Assembly: GCA_013239625.1 (NCBI GenBank)
Contig: MU054187.1
Coordinates: forward strand, 19,088,711-19,152,710
DNA from: Lama guanicoe
Taxonomy: Eukaryota
Reading direction: 5' to 3'
Length of the DNA stretch: 64,000 nucleotides
Both the position numbers and the translations under genes were made by a program. Shown piece by piece: positions 12,138 to 25,479 of this stretch (within the stretch, counting starts at the first letter, position 1; each line of letters opens with the position of its first letter). The notes below the pieces were generated by a model, which was not told where the DNA came from, did no database searches, and saw only the letters and a list, made by a program, of their open reading frames with translations.

Positions 12138-13864
12138 TTGCATGACTGGGCTCTGTTATTTTCCAAAACTCAATCCTGGGACATTAAATATTATAGGAAA
12201 AAAGAAATGCACCAAACAGTACCCTTAAGTAGCATGTTCATGTTACATGAAATGAGTGTCCTTGGGTACTGGGGTTACCAGTTTTCCCTTCGTCCAGCAG
12301 TAGAACTCATTCCCAGTTCATGGTTCGTCGGTCATCTCATACTCTTATTCTATCCCTGGAGTGACCAGCAGCAATAGCTCTAACACCAGCATTGCAGTAG
12401 GTGACTCTCCACCAGTCAGGGATACAGGACTCTGAACGCGAGTTCAGTATGGATTCAGGATCAGGCACCTGTCATCTTTCAAAGACTTGTAATTAACTTG
12501 GTTAGTTAAGAAAACAAAAATTCAGAAGTTTATTTGACCTCACCCATAAAAGTACTCCTTCCTCATTCTAACCATAGGAGAAGCACATGATCACCACAGT
12601 TCAAATTGTTTAAATAAAAGGAACTCTGTTTACTAATCTATATTATGATTTACTTTAACTATTTCACTTCTAGACCAGGTAATATTTGCTACACAGATAA
12701 TAAGAATAATTCAACTTATTATATGTTCAACAATGCTGTTTCATTTTCTAACCATGTATGATTTTTAACCACTAGATAATATATACTAAAGAAAATACAG
12801 AAAACCAGAAAGAAAACAAGTACTCATGTCTTATGTGTGAAGTTGGTAGAAGCAATGATCTTGAATTATGTGATTCTTAGGCTAGTTTTTATACACTTTT
12901 TAATCCAAGCAGCTAAAAGCCAATGTCTCAAATAAATAGACCTTAATATGTTAATCAATACCGTGGCTGTTCTCTCATAACCATGTTTACAGAGAAATTC
13001 TCCCACTTTCCTCTACTCAGCTTTTTTTGCTGCTTTCAAAATTGCCCTCTTACTCCAGCATCATATCATTTTGAGCATATCCAGGTCTACTAATCATTGT
13101 GAGCTTCAGAAGCTACAGAACTGGCTTCTCTGGGGTCTTCTTGGACAGTTTAGCTGACTTGAAATCTCTGTAACAACCCAAATGTACGGATATCTTTGGA
13201 AGAGATAAACCAGGCCAAAGCAAGCAGAGATTGTGGCTCAAGGGCATGTGTGTTGCAACACAAGTTTGCGTGTAGATTATGTGGCAGCTGCAGGACAGAA
13301 TGAAGAGGAAATGTTGTTTTTGAGACAGTTTTCAGAAACATTCAACAAGACTGAAAACAAGCAGAGGGTAAGTGCGATTACTCAGATGTTAGAAGTGAGG
13401 CTTTAATACTGAGAAACAAGCCAACTGGGGATTTCTCCTTTCAGACTCCTTAAAAACAGAAAACTTTATGTTGTATGTCCTTCTGAGTACATCTCCCATA
13501 TGTAATCGCCCCTAAGTAGAAATAAAAAGGCTCATCAGGAAAAATTAGCCAGCTCCCACCTTGAGTTGGACACCATAATTCACATCTTTCTGAGCTCTCC
13601 CATTGACATCCTATCCATCGTGAAAAGGTTTGTATTCACCAACAATAAGCCATGCTCCTTTTAAATTTTTCTTTTCTAGGTGGAGGTCATGGGTTTACTT
13701 TGAGCCAACTACTTACTAATTCTCACTGGAGCTCTTAAACCAATATAATATCCTCGTGGAAGAAACTAGGCAATAATCTGACACCCAGTTTTCTTTCTTA
13801 ATTTTAACTGGATGACATAAAGTTGACATCAGAAAATAAGGGCACTTAACATCACACACTATCC

Positions 13865-14063
13865 AACTCCGTTCCACCCCACTCATACTGGTTCACGAAG
13901 GGCGATCAGGAGCACCCCTTCTGACTCCGTGTTTAGAAATGTTAAGTTGGTTGAAAATGGTCAAGTAGGAGTATTTACACCAGAGAAATCAGCTAATGAT
14001 CAAAATCAGGGCTTCCCTTTTCTTCTGGAGAGCTAATTATTAAATATTTACCAGCAAAACACT
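13865..14063. mobile_element. MER63/Arthur-like hAT MITE
   Basis: GGAGTATTTACACCAGAGAAATC...AAATATTTACCAGCAAAACACTG. Confidence 0.55.
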
Positions 14064-14139
14064 GCTTTCATCCATCCATTCAATCATCTAACAAATGTTT
14101 ATTGAAATCTAATATGGGCTAGCTGGACGTTGTGATGAA

Positions 14140-14290
14140 CTTTTTTTTTTGGTTTCATTTCTTTTTTTTTTATTGACGTATAGTCGATTTACAATGATGT
14201 GTTAGTCTCTGATGTACAGCATAGTGATTCAGTTATACATACATGTATTCTTTTTCATTATAGGCTATTACAAGCTATTGACTATGGTAA
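14140..14290 (-). mobile_element. Short L1 3' end
   Basis: Poly-T, then ATTGACGTATAGTCGATTTACAATG...GTACAGCATAGTGATTCAG. Confidence 0.85.
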
Positions 14291-16387
14291 TAAACTTTGA
14301 GGGTTTGGAGACAAACCTCAGTCTGTGCCATTAACCAGCTTAAAGTTTAGTTTACTAGAATGTGTGGATCAGTTAAAATCCTAGTCTGTCCCAGCTGAGT
14401 TAGACGGTCCTCGATGGTGTTAGCATCTTGAGAAATCCTAAAAAAACCTCTAGCAGACTATTAGACAATGAAGTGGAACCTCACTTTTTAAATTAAACTT
14501 TTTTTTTTGGAGAGAACAAAGACTAATTGTTGAAATATTTGATTTGGTGATTTTACAGGGGCCTGGCACACTCACTAAGCTTTTTTAAAAATTAAACTTT
14601 TTATTTTGAGATCATTGTAGAGTCACATGAAGTGGTAAGAAATAATACAGAAGTAACCCACCTATTTTACCCACTGCCCTTTACCTCTTTATTGTATTGT
14701 GCACAACTGTAGTGCAATATCCCAACCAGGACACCGACACCAATGCAGTCAAGGAAGAGAACATTTCCACCACCTCAAGGATCCCTCGTGTTGTCCTATG
14801 ACAGCCACACCACCTTGCCTCCCACCTCCCACCCTCTCCTCAACCCCCGGCAGCCACTATGTATGTTTTCCATTTCTGTAGTGTTATCATCTCAAAAATG
14901 TTAAATAGAATTGCACACACAGTAATATCTGGGAACTGCTTTTTTTTTCCCCACTCACCATACCTCACTGCCAGTTTGTTTGTGTCGCTGAGTAGTATCC
15001 CACAGTGTCAGTGTACCACAGTTTATTTAAGCATTCGTCCACTGAAGGTCATTTAGCCTGCTTCCAAGTTTCGGCTATTATGAATAAAACTGCTCTAAAA
15101 CATTCAGGTATAGGTTTTTGTGTCAACATAGGTCTTCATTTCTCGGGGATGAATGCCCCTGAGTGCAATTGCTGGGTCATATGGTATTTGCATGTTTGGT
15201 TTTTTAAGAAATAGTTTTACAGAGTGGCTGTGATATTTTAACATTTCCATCAGCAAATATATGAGTGATCCAGTTTTTCTGCATCTTCGCCAGCATTCAG
15301 TGTTGTCACTGTATTTTATTTTGCCATTCTGACAGGCATGCAGTCTCTGACTGCGGTCTTGATTCGCACTTCCCTGATGGCTAATGATGTTGAACATCTG
15401 TCCGTGTGCTTACTTGCTATATGCATGTCCTCCTTCCTGAAGTGCCTGTTTTATATATTGCTGAAGTCTATTTGCTGATACTTTGCTGAGGATTTTTGAA
15501 TTTATATTCCCGGGAGATAATGCTCTGTAGTTTTCTTTTTTTGTACTATCTTTGTCTGGTTTCAGTATCAGGGTAATATTAAGTTCAAGAGAAGAAAATC
15601 CTCTTGTAGTTACGCGTGCTTTTGCTTACCATGTTCTTTTTTCTTTCCTGATGTTTCAAGTTTCTTTCTTCTATTGTTTAGAGAACTTCTTTCAGCTATT
15701 ATTTTAGGGTAGATCTGCTCGTGACAAATTCTCTTAGTTTTCCTTTACTTAAGAATGCCTTGATTTTCAACTCATTACTGAAGGATATTTTTGCTAAATA
15801 TAAATGCTGGATTGATAGTTCTTTTCTTCCAACACATGAAAAATGTTGTCATTTTTTTCTTAATGGTTTCTGCTGAGAAACCTACTGTCATTCAAGTTGT
15901 TTTTTCCATGTAGGTAGGGTCATTTTTCTCTGGCTGCTTCCAAGACCTTTTCTTTGTCTCAGACAAAGAAGACGTCCAGAAGTATAATTATGCTGTATCT
16001 TGGTGTGATGGTTAACTGTATCTGTTAACCTACCTAGGCCACACTACCAAGATATCTGGTCAAAATTATTCTCCATACTTCTGTGAAGGTTTTTAAAGAT
16101 GAGATTAACATTTAAATCAGCAGGCTTCGAGTAAATCAGATTAGCCTCCATTATGTGGGTGGACCTCATCCAATCAATTAAATGCCTTAACAGAAAAATG
16201 ACCTTCCTCCCCTGAGGAAAAGGAAATTCTGCCAACAGACTGCCTTCAGACTTGAACTACACCAACTCTCCCCTAGGTCTACCCCCTACCAACCTGCTGT
16301 GCCAGTTTTGGACTTGTCAGCCTACACAATCATGTGAGCTAATTCCTTCAAATAAATCTTCCTCTCAGAGAGACAGAACCAACAGAA

Positions 16388-16588
16388 TGTGTGTCTATGT
16401 GTGTACGTATTCTGTATATGTGTGTGTATCCCATATGTGTGTGTGTTTTATACATACATGTATATATGTATCTATACATGTATATATGCATGTATATATG
16501 TGTGCATTGTATATACAATACACACGTGGATATATTTTTGTTTTATAGGCACATGTATATATACATATATAGGTATAAATGCACACAC
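16388..16588. repeat. Degenerate (TA/TG/CA)n simple repeat
   Basis: Alternating purine-pyrimidine tract. Confidence 0.9.
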
Positions 16589-16705
16589 TTTCTATTAGTT
16601 CTGTATCTTTGAGAGAGAGAAAGTTGTTTTTTTTAAGGAATTGCCTCACATTTTTGGGGAAGCTGGTAAGTCCAAAATCTGCAAGGTGGATAGAGTCAAC
16701 AGGAC

Positions 16706-16759
<54 letters not shown>
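16706..16759. repeat. Compound microsatellite (GT)n(GA)n
   Basis: Directly visible. Confidence 0.95.
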
Positions 16760-16762
<3 letters not shown>

Positions 16763-19700
16763 CTCTGACAAATCCATTTGGCATGAAATTCTTTAGGTTT
16801 ATTCCATTTAAGGTTTGATGGGTGTCTTAAATCTGCAGGTCTAAGTATCTTGCCAAATTTGTGATGTTTTCAGCCATTATTTCTTCAAGTACTTTTTCTG
16901 CCCCCTCTCTTTCTTCCTTCCTTCCAGGGATCTGATGACACAAATGCTAGATCTTCTATTCCAGTCCCACAGGTCCCTGTTCATTTCTCTTTAGCCTAAT
17001 TTCCTCTCTGTTGTTCAGACTCAGTACTTTCTATTGTTTTGTCTCCCAGTTCACTAATTCCTCCTCTGACCCCCTCTGTTCTGCTCTGTCCATACACTGA
17101 GCTTTTATTTAGGTTACTGGATTTTTCAGTTCTGAAATTTCTATTTGTTTTTCTTAGTATATCTTCTATGTCTCTGCTGAGGCTTTCTGTTTTTCTTTTG
17201 TTTCAAGCATGTTCATAATTTTTAGTTGAAGCATTTTTACCATGACTGCTTTTAAATCTTTGTCAGATAACCCTAACATCTCTGCTGTCTTGGTGTTGGC
17301 CTCTACTGATTGCCTTTTTCATTCAGTTTGAGATCTTCTGATTTTCTTGTTTTGTTTTGTATTATGAGCAATTTTTCAATTGAAACCTGAACATTTTTTA
17401 TTATGTGATGGAACTCTGGATGTCACGTGACCCTTCTGTTTTAACTGGTCTTCTCTGACACGCCTCTGGCAAGGGAAGTGGGGAGGTCTTGTTAAAGTGC
17501 AAAGTGGAGGCAGAAGTCCCGATTCCCCACCTGCATCTGTTGACATCTGATGGGGGGCTCCTATTGGGTGGGGATGGGAGTTCCAGTTCTCCACATGGTC
17601 TCCACTGAGGGGGGTCATTACTGCCCAGTGGAGATGAAAATCTAAGCTCCCTATTGGCTGCTGGGAGTATTGAGGCCCCACTGATTCACAAGGGTGGAAG
17701 TCTAGGCTCCCAACTGTGCCTGGGCTGGTGTGGGTGGGGTCAGGCCCACAGTGTTTCCTGTGGTGTTTGACTGAAGTAGAATGGCTATTTTTAAGGGTTT
17801 TCTGCCCTCCTAGGTTGCCCCTTTCCTGTCTCTGGGCTAAGAGAGAGCAGGCTTTTTGGTGTTGTTTCTGGAGCTTTTTTTGTCTGTGCCATTGGCGTTT
17901 CCTGTGTGCCTGCTCCATCAGCCGCAAGTCAGGGGTATATGAAGGACAAAGAAAACCTAGGGGACTCCCCCCACCCACCCCCTCAGTGTCCCTCTGGTCC
18001 CGAGGTCTCTAGTCGGTTGGCCTTCTTCTCTCCACTTTTCACCTCTGTGTTTGTTTTATATAAAGTGTCCAGAGTTTTTAATTGTTCTTAGGGGAAGGAA
18101 TAGGGAAAAGTATATTTACTCAGTCTTCTGGAAAGCTACACTCAGCTATTTTTTTTTAAATTACTTTATCACTTTAGGGATAAAAAAAAAAGAGCACCAC
18201 TGGATCCCAACAAATCAGTTGATATTCTTGCCATAATTATGGAGCATCAAATATCTTGCTTATAAAAACATGATTTTGCTTAGATTAACTGCAAAGAATT
18301 TGCTGATAATCTATGTAGCGAAGGCTGTGGGTCTGTTTCATTCTCTATTTACACGACATAGAATCGTTTTTGAATTAGCATATCAACTTCTCTCTCTTCA
18401 GTTGGATGAAAGCATGGATGCTAATGATTTGGCTGTTCTATCAGTCTGCCTTTCTAAATTCATAATTGTGGATCTGAGAAGCCACGAAAAGTGCTTGAAG
18501 GTAAAACAAATTATAAAGCTATTTGCAATGAGTTATTTTTCAGCGTTTATAGAGTAGCCTGGTACAGAACCCCCAACTGCATAGGTAGACCCGTGTAGTC
18601 TGAACACAGGTGGGGCCAAGTCTACGGTAGGTAAAAATTTTAGAATAATAACCCTTACTTAGTGGAATATCCCAAATATATCATTCTCTAGGAATATCTT
18701 TCCTCAGTCTGCTTGTTGATTTACTTCAAGTGTGGTGAAAAATGATAGGGTGGAAAAAAAGAGAAAATTATACAGCAAGAACAAGAATAAAACACAGTTG
18801 TTTGAATATTTATCTTTCCGGACAATTCTAGGGTGAAATGGCAAGTGATGAACATTTGCTCTAATACGTAACATAAATGCTTCTTACATGGGAGACTTCA
18901 CTGAATTACTTTTCTTCCTTGATGGGGGAAAAATTCTACTATAAACGGTAAACACTTTGGTAAGATGAACGAATATTTATCTTAATGCTAAAGAGCAGCT
19001 CATAAAGTTGGCTTTAAGAATGTCATTCGTATTACACACGTAATTTTTCAACATTTTAAAACTTCGTATTTCAAAATAATTTTTTCATGCACTCTTCACA
19101 ATCATTATTTTTAATAGCCGCACAATATTCCTTGGGGCACTATATTATAATTCATTAAACAGTCCATTATTGCTAAACATTTAACTCACTTGCAATGTTT
19201 CACTTTTATAAATAATAATATAAGTGACAAAAAAATAATATGTGACAAGTTTTTGCACATAGTTTTCCACCCTACCCTCGACTTTGGATTATTTGCTTAA
19301 GCTAAAGCCTGTGAAATAAAATGACTGAATCAATGGTATGATGATTCTTATGACTCATTATAAGAACTGCTGAATTACTTCCCAACAGACTTGTATGACT
19401 TTATAAAGCCACTAGCAACGTAAGAGGATGGGAACTTGTCTGCATCCTCTCCAGCTAGTCACTGTTATTGAAAAAAAAAGAAAATGACTTTAGAGTTGAA
19501 ATATTAATTGCTTAATCTGCAATGATTTATTGGGCAGTTGTTTACTAGTTTGACTTCTTGTATGAAATGTCTGTGATGGACCTTTGCCATTCATCTCCTC
19601 GGATTTAGAGATTATCTTAAATCAATTAGAATGACTTTAAAAAAAATAATAATCAAAATATTAATGTGCAAATTGTTTCACCAGTACTTTAATATTTTTT

Positions 19701-20499
19701 AATGTAATACGGTTTTCACTTCTATGTAGTTAAAATGTCTGATTCTTTCCTTTGTGATTCATTCAGTTTATTCTAGGCTTAGAATGTCATTCACTGTAAT
19801 TGCTTTTCTTCTTTTTATACCTGTGTATATTTTTTACTTTCTAGTCAATACGATTTCGTTCAGTGTTTGTTTTGAGTGGAAAGGCAAAGGTGATTTATTT
19901 TTTGAAAATTCCTAAGAATTTTTCTCACTCTGATTTCATGAATAACCCTGCACCTCACTATTATTTACCACGTGAGAAATTCTTACTTATGCCAGGACGT
20001 TTGGCTGGCTGTTTCAGCCCACTGGTCTCGACCTAGATTTGTGTCATTACTGTTTTAACCACTGCAGCAATACAGAATATTGCATGTGGTCAATGACTGG
20101 TCAAATGAAAACAGAACCTGGCCATCACTTTAATAAACTCTAGACTTACTTCTATTAATTTCTCATTATTTAAAATTTCTAGGTATGCAATCGAAATATA
20201 ATACTTTTATCTCTTCTTTCCCAGCACTTAGACATAATATCTCACTAATCTGACCAAGATTTTATTAAACAATACTGAATATGAAAGATGATAGTGATCA
20301 TTCTTCTTTCTTAAAGACACTGAGAAAAGATGCTTCCAAAAGAATTCCCAAAATATTTTGAACTCAAGCCACTTGAACTTCTGCTGAAAGCCAGGAAATA
20401 CAATTACTTAATAGCCATACAAGTATTTGAATTTACAACTAACTCTTGTTTGATGGAATCAATTCTTGTAGTTTTGTTGTTTAAACATTCAATTTTTTA

Positions 20500-20662
20500 T
20501 ATCTTTAAAAAATTATTTTTGTGTTCTCTATTTTTAAATATTCTGTTTATTGTTTGTTTTTTGTTTCTGTTTTGGGGGAGGTAATTAGGTTTACTTATTT
20601 ACTTCATTGGAGGTACTGGGTATTGAACCCATGCTAAGCACGCACTCCATCACTGAGCTATA
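20500..20662 (-). mobile_element. vic-1-like SINE with internal deletion
   Basis: GGGGAGGTAATTAGGTTT...GGAGGTACTGGGTATTGAACCC|ATGCTAAGCACGC...CACTGAGCTATA. Confidence 0.85.
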
Positions 20663-21814
20663 AAAAGTTTAATTTTTGATGCACTTCATATATCTATTTT
20701 AGGCCAAATCCAGCACAATATCTTTTTTTTAAAAGAAATTTTTAAATAAAAGTTATGCATGCAGAAAACAGAAAGTATTTTGTCTTACTTGGTGTCTATA
20801 ATCAGATGTATGTACCTCTAAATAATGCCCAGGTACTTCTAAATAATGTGGGCAAGTTGATCACAAAACAGGTGTTAGCAGCTGCCTAGCACCCAGCCGT
20901 CTCTACCTCCCTCCCCGCTCCACCCTAGCCCTACTTCCCTGGGACTGCTATCCCAGAACCCCACACAAGCGACCTCACCTCTTTTCCTTACATCGCCATT
21001 TTTTTCTCCCTTCAAAAGATCATGTACAAGCCGTGTTTCCCCTTCCCAACCATCACAAAGCGTCAAAGTCATCACAAGAGACTGTTACTCAGGGCACGAG
21101 TGCCTTTACCCAGGCTCCCCTGCCATAGTCTGACACTCTTTCCTACACATCTCAGGAAAATCATTCCTCACTTCACTCCCTCTGCCAGCTGAAAGGCAAG
21201 ACAGGCATCAGTAAGACTGCACTATAAGAGCTGAAGTCAAATGAGACTTAATATAGCTTCAGGTCTTTGAGCCTCTGTGTCATTGAAAAGACCTAAGTTT
21301 CCTGTAGACACTCACAAATCTCCACGTCCATTCTCACCCCGTGGGTTCCTCTGATTAAACTTGTTTTTCTCTCCTCATCAGCATCAAGAGTAAGGAGGCT
21401 CATCTTATTGGCTTTTTGTGCTGTTTTGCTTGGTTTGAATGAGTGGTACTGGACTGCTTTCAGCTTTTGCTATCAGAAGGGGACACCGCACCATCACCTG
21501 TATGATGCAGTCCTGGAGGGGAGGACAGTGGAGGCGGATGAAGGACAAAGGGGAGAAGCTGGGGTCTTGGAAACTACGGCAAAAGCAGCAGCTCTGGGGA
21601 AAGGTCAACATAACCTATCAAGTCCGAACGAGGGCCAGGACAAAGCAAAGGCCAACGGCAGCTCTAGGGCATGCAGTGGTGGGCAGTGGGGCATTCCTGG
21701 GGAGTGTGACATGTGTCCAGCGCATTCCTTTGGGGTCGTAACAGTACTATAATGCAGAGTTCAGTAGCAACTAAAAAATGCATCTCGGATTGCACAGGGA
21801 AGAATGAGTTGTGG

Positions 21815-22050
21815 TCAGACAGTGTCTAGATCTTGGATGCTGGGATGGACTGCCTGGGTTGGAATCCTGAATCTCGTTTTGTTTGCTATTGGGTCTTAGC
21901 ATCTTTCTTCACTTCTCTGGTGCTTTAGTCTCCTTTATCCAGAAAATAGTTATAACGAATCTCATAGGATTATTGTAAAGACTGAATCCACATATGTAAA
22001 GTGTTTGGAACCATGTTTGGTGTATACTGCTACACGTGCATTAGTTATTA
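21815..22050 (+). mobile_element. MIR
   Basis: GACTGCCTGGGTTGGAATCCTG...CTCATAGGATTATTGTAAAGACTGAAT...ATGTAAAGTG. Confidence 0.7.
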
Positions 22051-23051
22051 CTTATAGAATCATTTTCATTATTATTCTTTAGGCAGCAGAGTTTCCAGGT
22101 TGAATGAGAAACCCCATATGCCAGATCTGGACACAAACTTGGTGTCTTGCAAAGGACACTACCACCTGACCTTATTCCTAAAATCCAGACAGCTTTAGTT
22201 TTCAATGAATAGACTTTCCAAACCCAATACAAGGAGAGACTTGGAGAGAAAGATGAAAATTATCTAGTTGGCTTTTCTTTTTCCGTTTCTTTGAAGGATG
22301 TGCTTCCTGCCAGGTGGCAGGGCTCTCCGTGTGGACAGGTGGGGTGGGGAAAAGACTGACAAACAGTATGTTTTTAAGAATACATTTTATTGCCAATGTA
22401 TTACATTTTGGCCACATTATGGGTTAAATTCGCTTTGTTTATTTATTAGCCTTTCAAGTGAACTTAATAGCTTTGCTTCCATGAGGAAAATGTACACGGA
22501 ATTCCATAATAAATGACTTATAACTAAGAACAATTCATTTGTTGGGGAATTTATGTATGTCTGGAAGACGTTTAGCAATATTCTAAAAGGGCCTGCAATA
22601 GGATTGCTTGGTAAAAATCCCAGGGAACTTTCAAAGAGCAAAACCCTGTGAGACCAGAAAGCCTGACACCCAACCCAGTATCAGCTTAATCAGGTCCCTA
22701 CTTGCTCCGCTGTGGCCTCTGTATCGGGGCAGGTTAATCCCGGCCATCCAGCTGTATCGCCAAGTTCTACGATCATAGCAGCGCCTCCAAAGTTTGCTCA
22801 AAATCTGGTTCTCAGCCAGCGCTCAGCCCACACCCTTTACTACTTCTGACTGCGAAACTCAGACTTGATGTTTGGAAAAACACATTTTAAATCCTCTTTG
22901 GAACCATGTTCACCGACTGGGCTGAAAGGCTGAAAGACCGGCCACCTTCTAAACTCATCCAGCCTCAGGGACTGCCAGAGCTGGACGCCGCCTGCAGCCA
23001 CCAAGAGGGTCCTCTGCCTGGAACCCCTGCCTTACAGAAGAGTCTGTTAGA

Positions 23052-23064
23052 TCATGACTCATGA
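23052..23064. promoter_or_regulatory. AP-1 site in an extended palindrome (TCATGACTCATGA)
   Basis: ATGACTCAT consensus with symmetric 6-bp arms, beside a CpG-richer non-repeat stretch. Confidence 0.35.
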
Positions 23065-23619
23065 GGCAAGTGCAGTCTCCTGGGGCCATTTTTAGTGGGA
23101 GCTGCTACAAGGGCACCCTTCCTTCTGAGCACCACTGTAGTTTGAAAAGAAATCTGTAAATTACTAGTGACTGGCAGGTGTCAGAGGCGCACGATTCCTT
23201 TCCTTTTCCCAACACTTTCTCCCAGCCACAAACTTTAGAAAAGCGAAAGTCTCTACCCTTTGGTTCCTTCAGGCTACTTTGTGTTTGGCTGCAAACTAGG
23301 TTGTAAGATAGAAATCACTAAAAAATGAAAACCCTATCTCACCAACTCTCCATTTGATTAAAAGGAACAGCAACACAAAGAACACTGAAATTTGAATTTC
23401 TAACAATACTCACATCCAGCAAAAGACAGAAGGTTGGTTTATTTAGGATGGTTCTTGCTAAAGACATGTCATCCCTAGAGACGGGGTCCAAACGGAAAAA
23501 CTCAGGTCACTGTTTCTGGTCTCAGGTTTGAATTTGATGAGTTAAACTCTGTCAGTGGTTATTCAATATTTACTTACAGAAGTCCTTGTATTAGCCATCA
23601 GGAAATAGAATAAAGTAAG

Positions 23620-23870
23620 ACAACAATGAATAAATGGCTAACTTCTGTACGCTTAACTATATTCCAGGTACTTTACAGGCACTTTCTCATTTGAGCCTTA
23701 CAATAACCCTAGGAAGGAGTTATTATTATCATCACCCCCGTTTATGAGGAAAGAACTGCAGCGAGGAGACCTTAAATAACCCTCCCAAGGGTCCAGGGCT
23801 GGCAAGTGGCCGGAGGGCTACAAGGCAGGCTGACGCAGAGCCCTGGCTGCTAATCACCGAGTAACACTGT
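23620..23870 (-). mobile_element. MIR
   Basis: CTCATTTGAGCCTTACAATAACCCTAGGAAGG...ATTATTATC...CCCAAGGGTCCAGGGCTGGCAAGTGGC. Confidence 0.65.
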
Positions 23871-24481
23871 CTCTCACAATCCTCGGCCTGAGGAGTTTAA
23901 TCTAGAAGAAGTTGACATCTAGAGCCACGATAATGCAAGTACAGACATTAAGGCATGAGGCAGGATAAGGTAAATACCCCAAAAGGTGCAGACGGCTCTG
24001 AGATTCACATCCAATGGGAAGAAGCAGTGAAGCGCTCATGGGGAGACAGGACCTTGAATGGGCTTTGAATGATGTTTGGGACTTAGAGGTGATGCAAGGA
24101 TGGTGATGGTGATGGTGATGGAGGAACAGCCAGTCTCCCAGTCTTCCAGGAGGAAGGAACAGTGTGGGTGAGTTCAGGAAGACAGCAGGAGCAGGGAGGG
24201 TAATGGCAAATCGCACAGTGTGGCTGGAAGGTGAGGGACACGTGGAGAAGAGGAGGGAGGAGGAGGTGGAAAACACCGCTGGCAACATGACTGCAGAAAG
24301 CGCCTAATTCCAGGCTCAGAAATGTATCCGACATTTTTCAAAGAGGGGGACACCATCACCCATTTCTAAGTAAGGAATCCCCACTGATGGCATGGAATCA
24401 TAACAGTACTGGAGAGGGAGGGATGGGAGCTGCCAGACTTGGAAGCAGAATGGTTGTTGGGGGAAGAGGAGGACGATGGCA

Positions 24482-24934
24482 TGGGCCCCGGGCTGAATGG
24501 TCGCATCCCCGAAAGAGACATCCATGCCCTACTCCCTGACCTTTTTTGGGAAAAAATGTCTTTGCAGATGCAGTTAAGTTGAGGATCTTGAGATGAGATC
24601 ATCTTGGATTATCCGTGTGGGCCCTAAATCTAACGGTGTCTTCACAAGAGAAAGGCAGGGGAAGATCTGAGAGAGGAGAGAAGACATGGAGAAGAAGACA
24701 AGGCAACGCGGCCGTGAAGGCAGAGCCTGGAGTGACGAGGCCACAAGTCAAGGACTGACAAGAGGCATGGGAGACAGCAAGGGGCCAAGGGTGGCCTCGT
24801 CCCCAGGCTCCCCCGAGGGAACAGAGGTCTGCTGGATTCTGGACTTCTGGCCTCCAGAACTATGCGAGAATACATTTCTGTAGTTTTAAGCCACCCAATT
24901 TGTGGTCATTTGTTACAGCAGCTCTGGGAACCTA
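24482..24934 (+). mobile_element. MLT1B/C-type MaLR solo LTR
   Basis: GTCTTTGCAGATG...GATTATCCGTGTGGGCCCTAAATC...GGACTTCTGGCCTCCAGAACT...TTTGTTACAGCAGC. Confidence 0.85.
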
Positions 24935-25479
24935 CAGAAGCATTCTTACCATGAGATAGAAAAGTCTGGAAGAGAGCTGATTTGGAGAAATGCTAAGAAA
25001 CTGACCAATATAATGTATACAGTTTGCAGAAAAAATTTGGCACGTAGGCTAAGACAGTAAGTTGGGCAGAAAAAACAGGGAAGAATCTTTTCCTTTCCTA
25101 CATCCCAGCTTATTATCATTAGTTTGGTTAAAACCTGTTAGTTTTTTTTTTTGCATTTCAATAGAACTAGCTTTATTATTATTATTTTAAAACAAAAGAA
25201 ATGGCCTAAAAGCAAATACAGATATGTACCAAGGGATGGATGTGACCTGGTACTTACAAAGGAGCTGTTGTGTCGCAAATGAAAACAGTATGTTAGGAGA
25301 GAAGAAGCTTTCACGTGCCGTCTGCTTGAATGATCTGGAGACGCCAGCTTGTCTGTCTAGGTGCATGTTACGTGCGCGTGGACCCCTATCTCCAGGTTCT
25401 GATTCCTTTGGTCTGGGACGGGCTCAGGAGTGGTTTTGAAAGCATCCCAGGAGAGTCTGACACAAGCGATCCTTTCACA

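Larger units (their letters stand above)
16004..16776 (+). mobile_element. MLT2 (ERVL) solo LTR, internally rearranged, with microsatellites
   Basis: TGTGATGGTTAA start, GATGAGATTAACATTTAAATCAG, GACTCTGACAAATCCA end; 5-bp TSD-like CTTGG/TTTGG. Confidence 0.85.
14585..18135 (-). mobile_element. Old L1 (L1MC/L1MD-type): 3' end, ORF2 remnant and 5' region, interrupted by an MLT2 LTR
   Basis: TTTTATTTTGAGATCATTGTAG... 3' end; ORF2-end motifs (GCTGGGTCATATGGTA, CCCTGATGGCTAATGATGTTGAACAT); 5'-region motifs (TTCAGCCATTATTTCTTCAA). Confidence 0.8.

Noticed and set aside
16252..16818. Overlapping C/V/Y/I/H/T-rich ORFs
   Set aside because: Translations of microsatellites.
17376..17978. 200-aa ORF
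   Set aside because: Lies in the 5' region of a decayed L1; no recognisable domain or exon signals.
22306..22322. CTCF-like motifs (also ~39706 and ~51316)
   Set aside because: Mismatch at the near-invariant C of the core.
24098..24121. Poly-His run in ORF 23902-24288
   Set aside because: A short (GATGGT)n simple repeat, not an exon.
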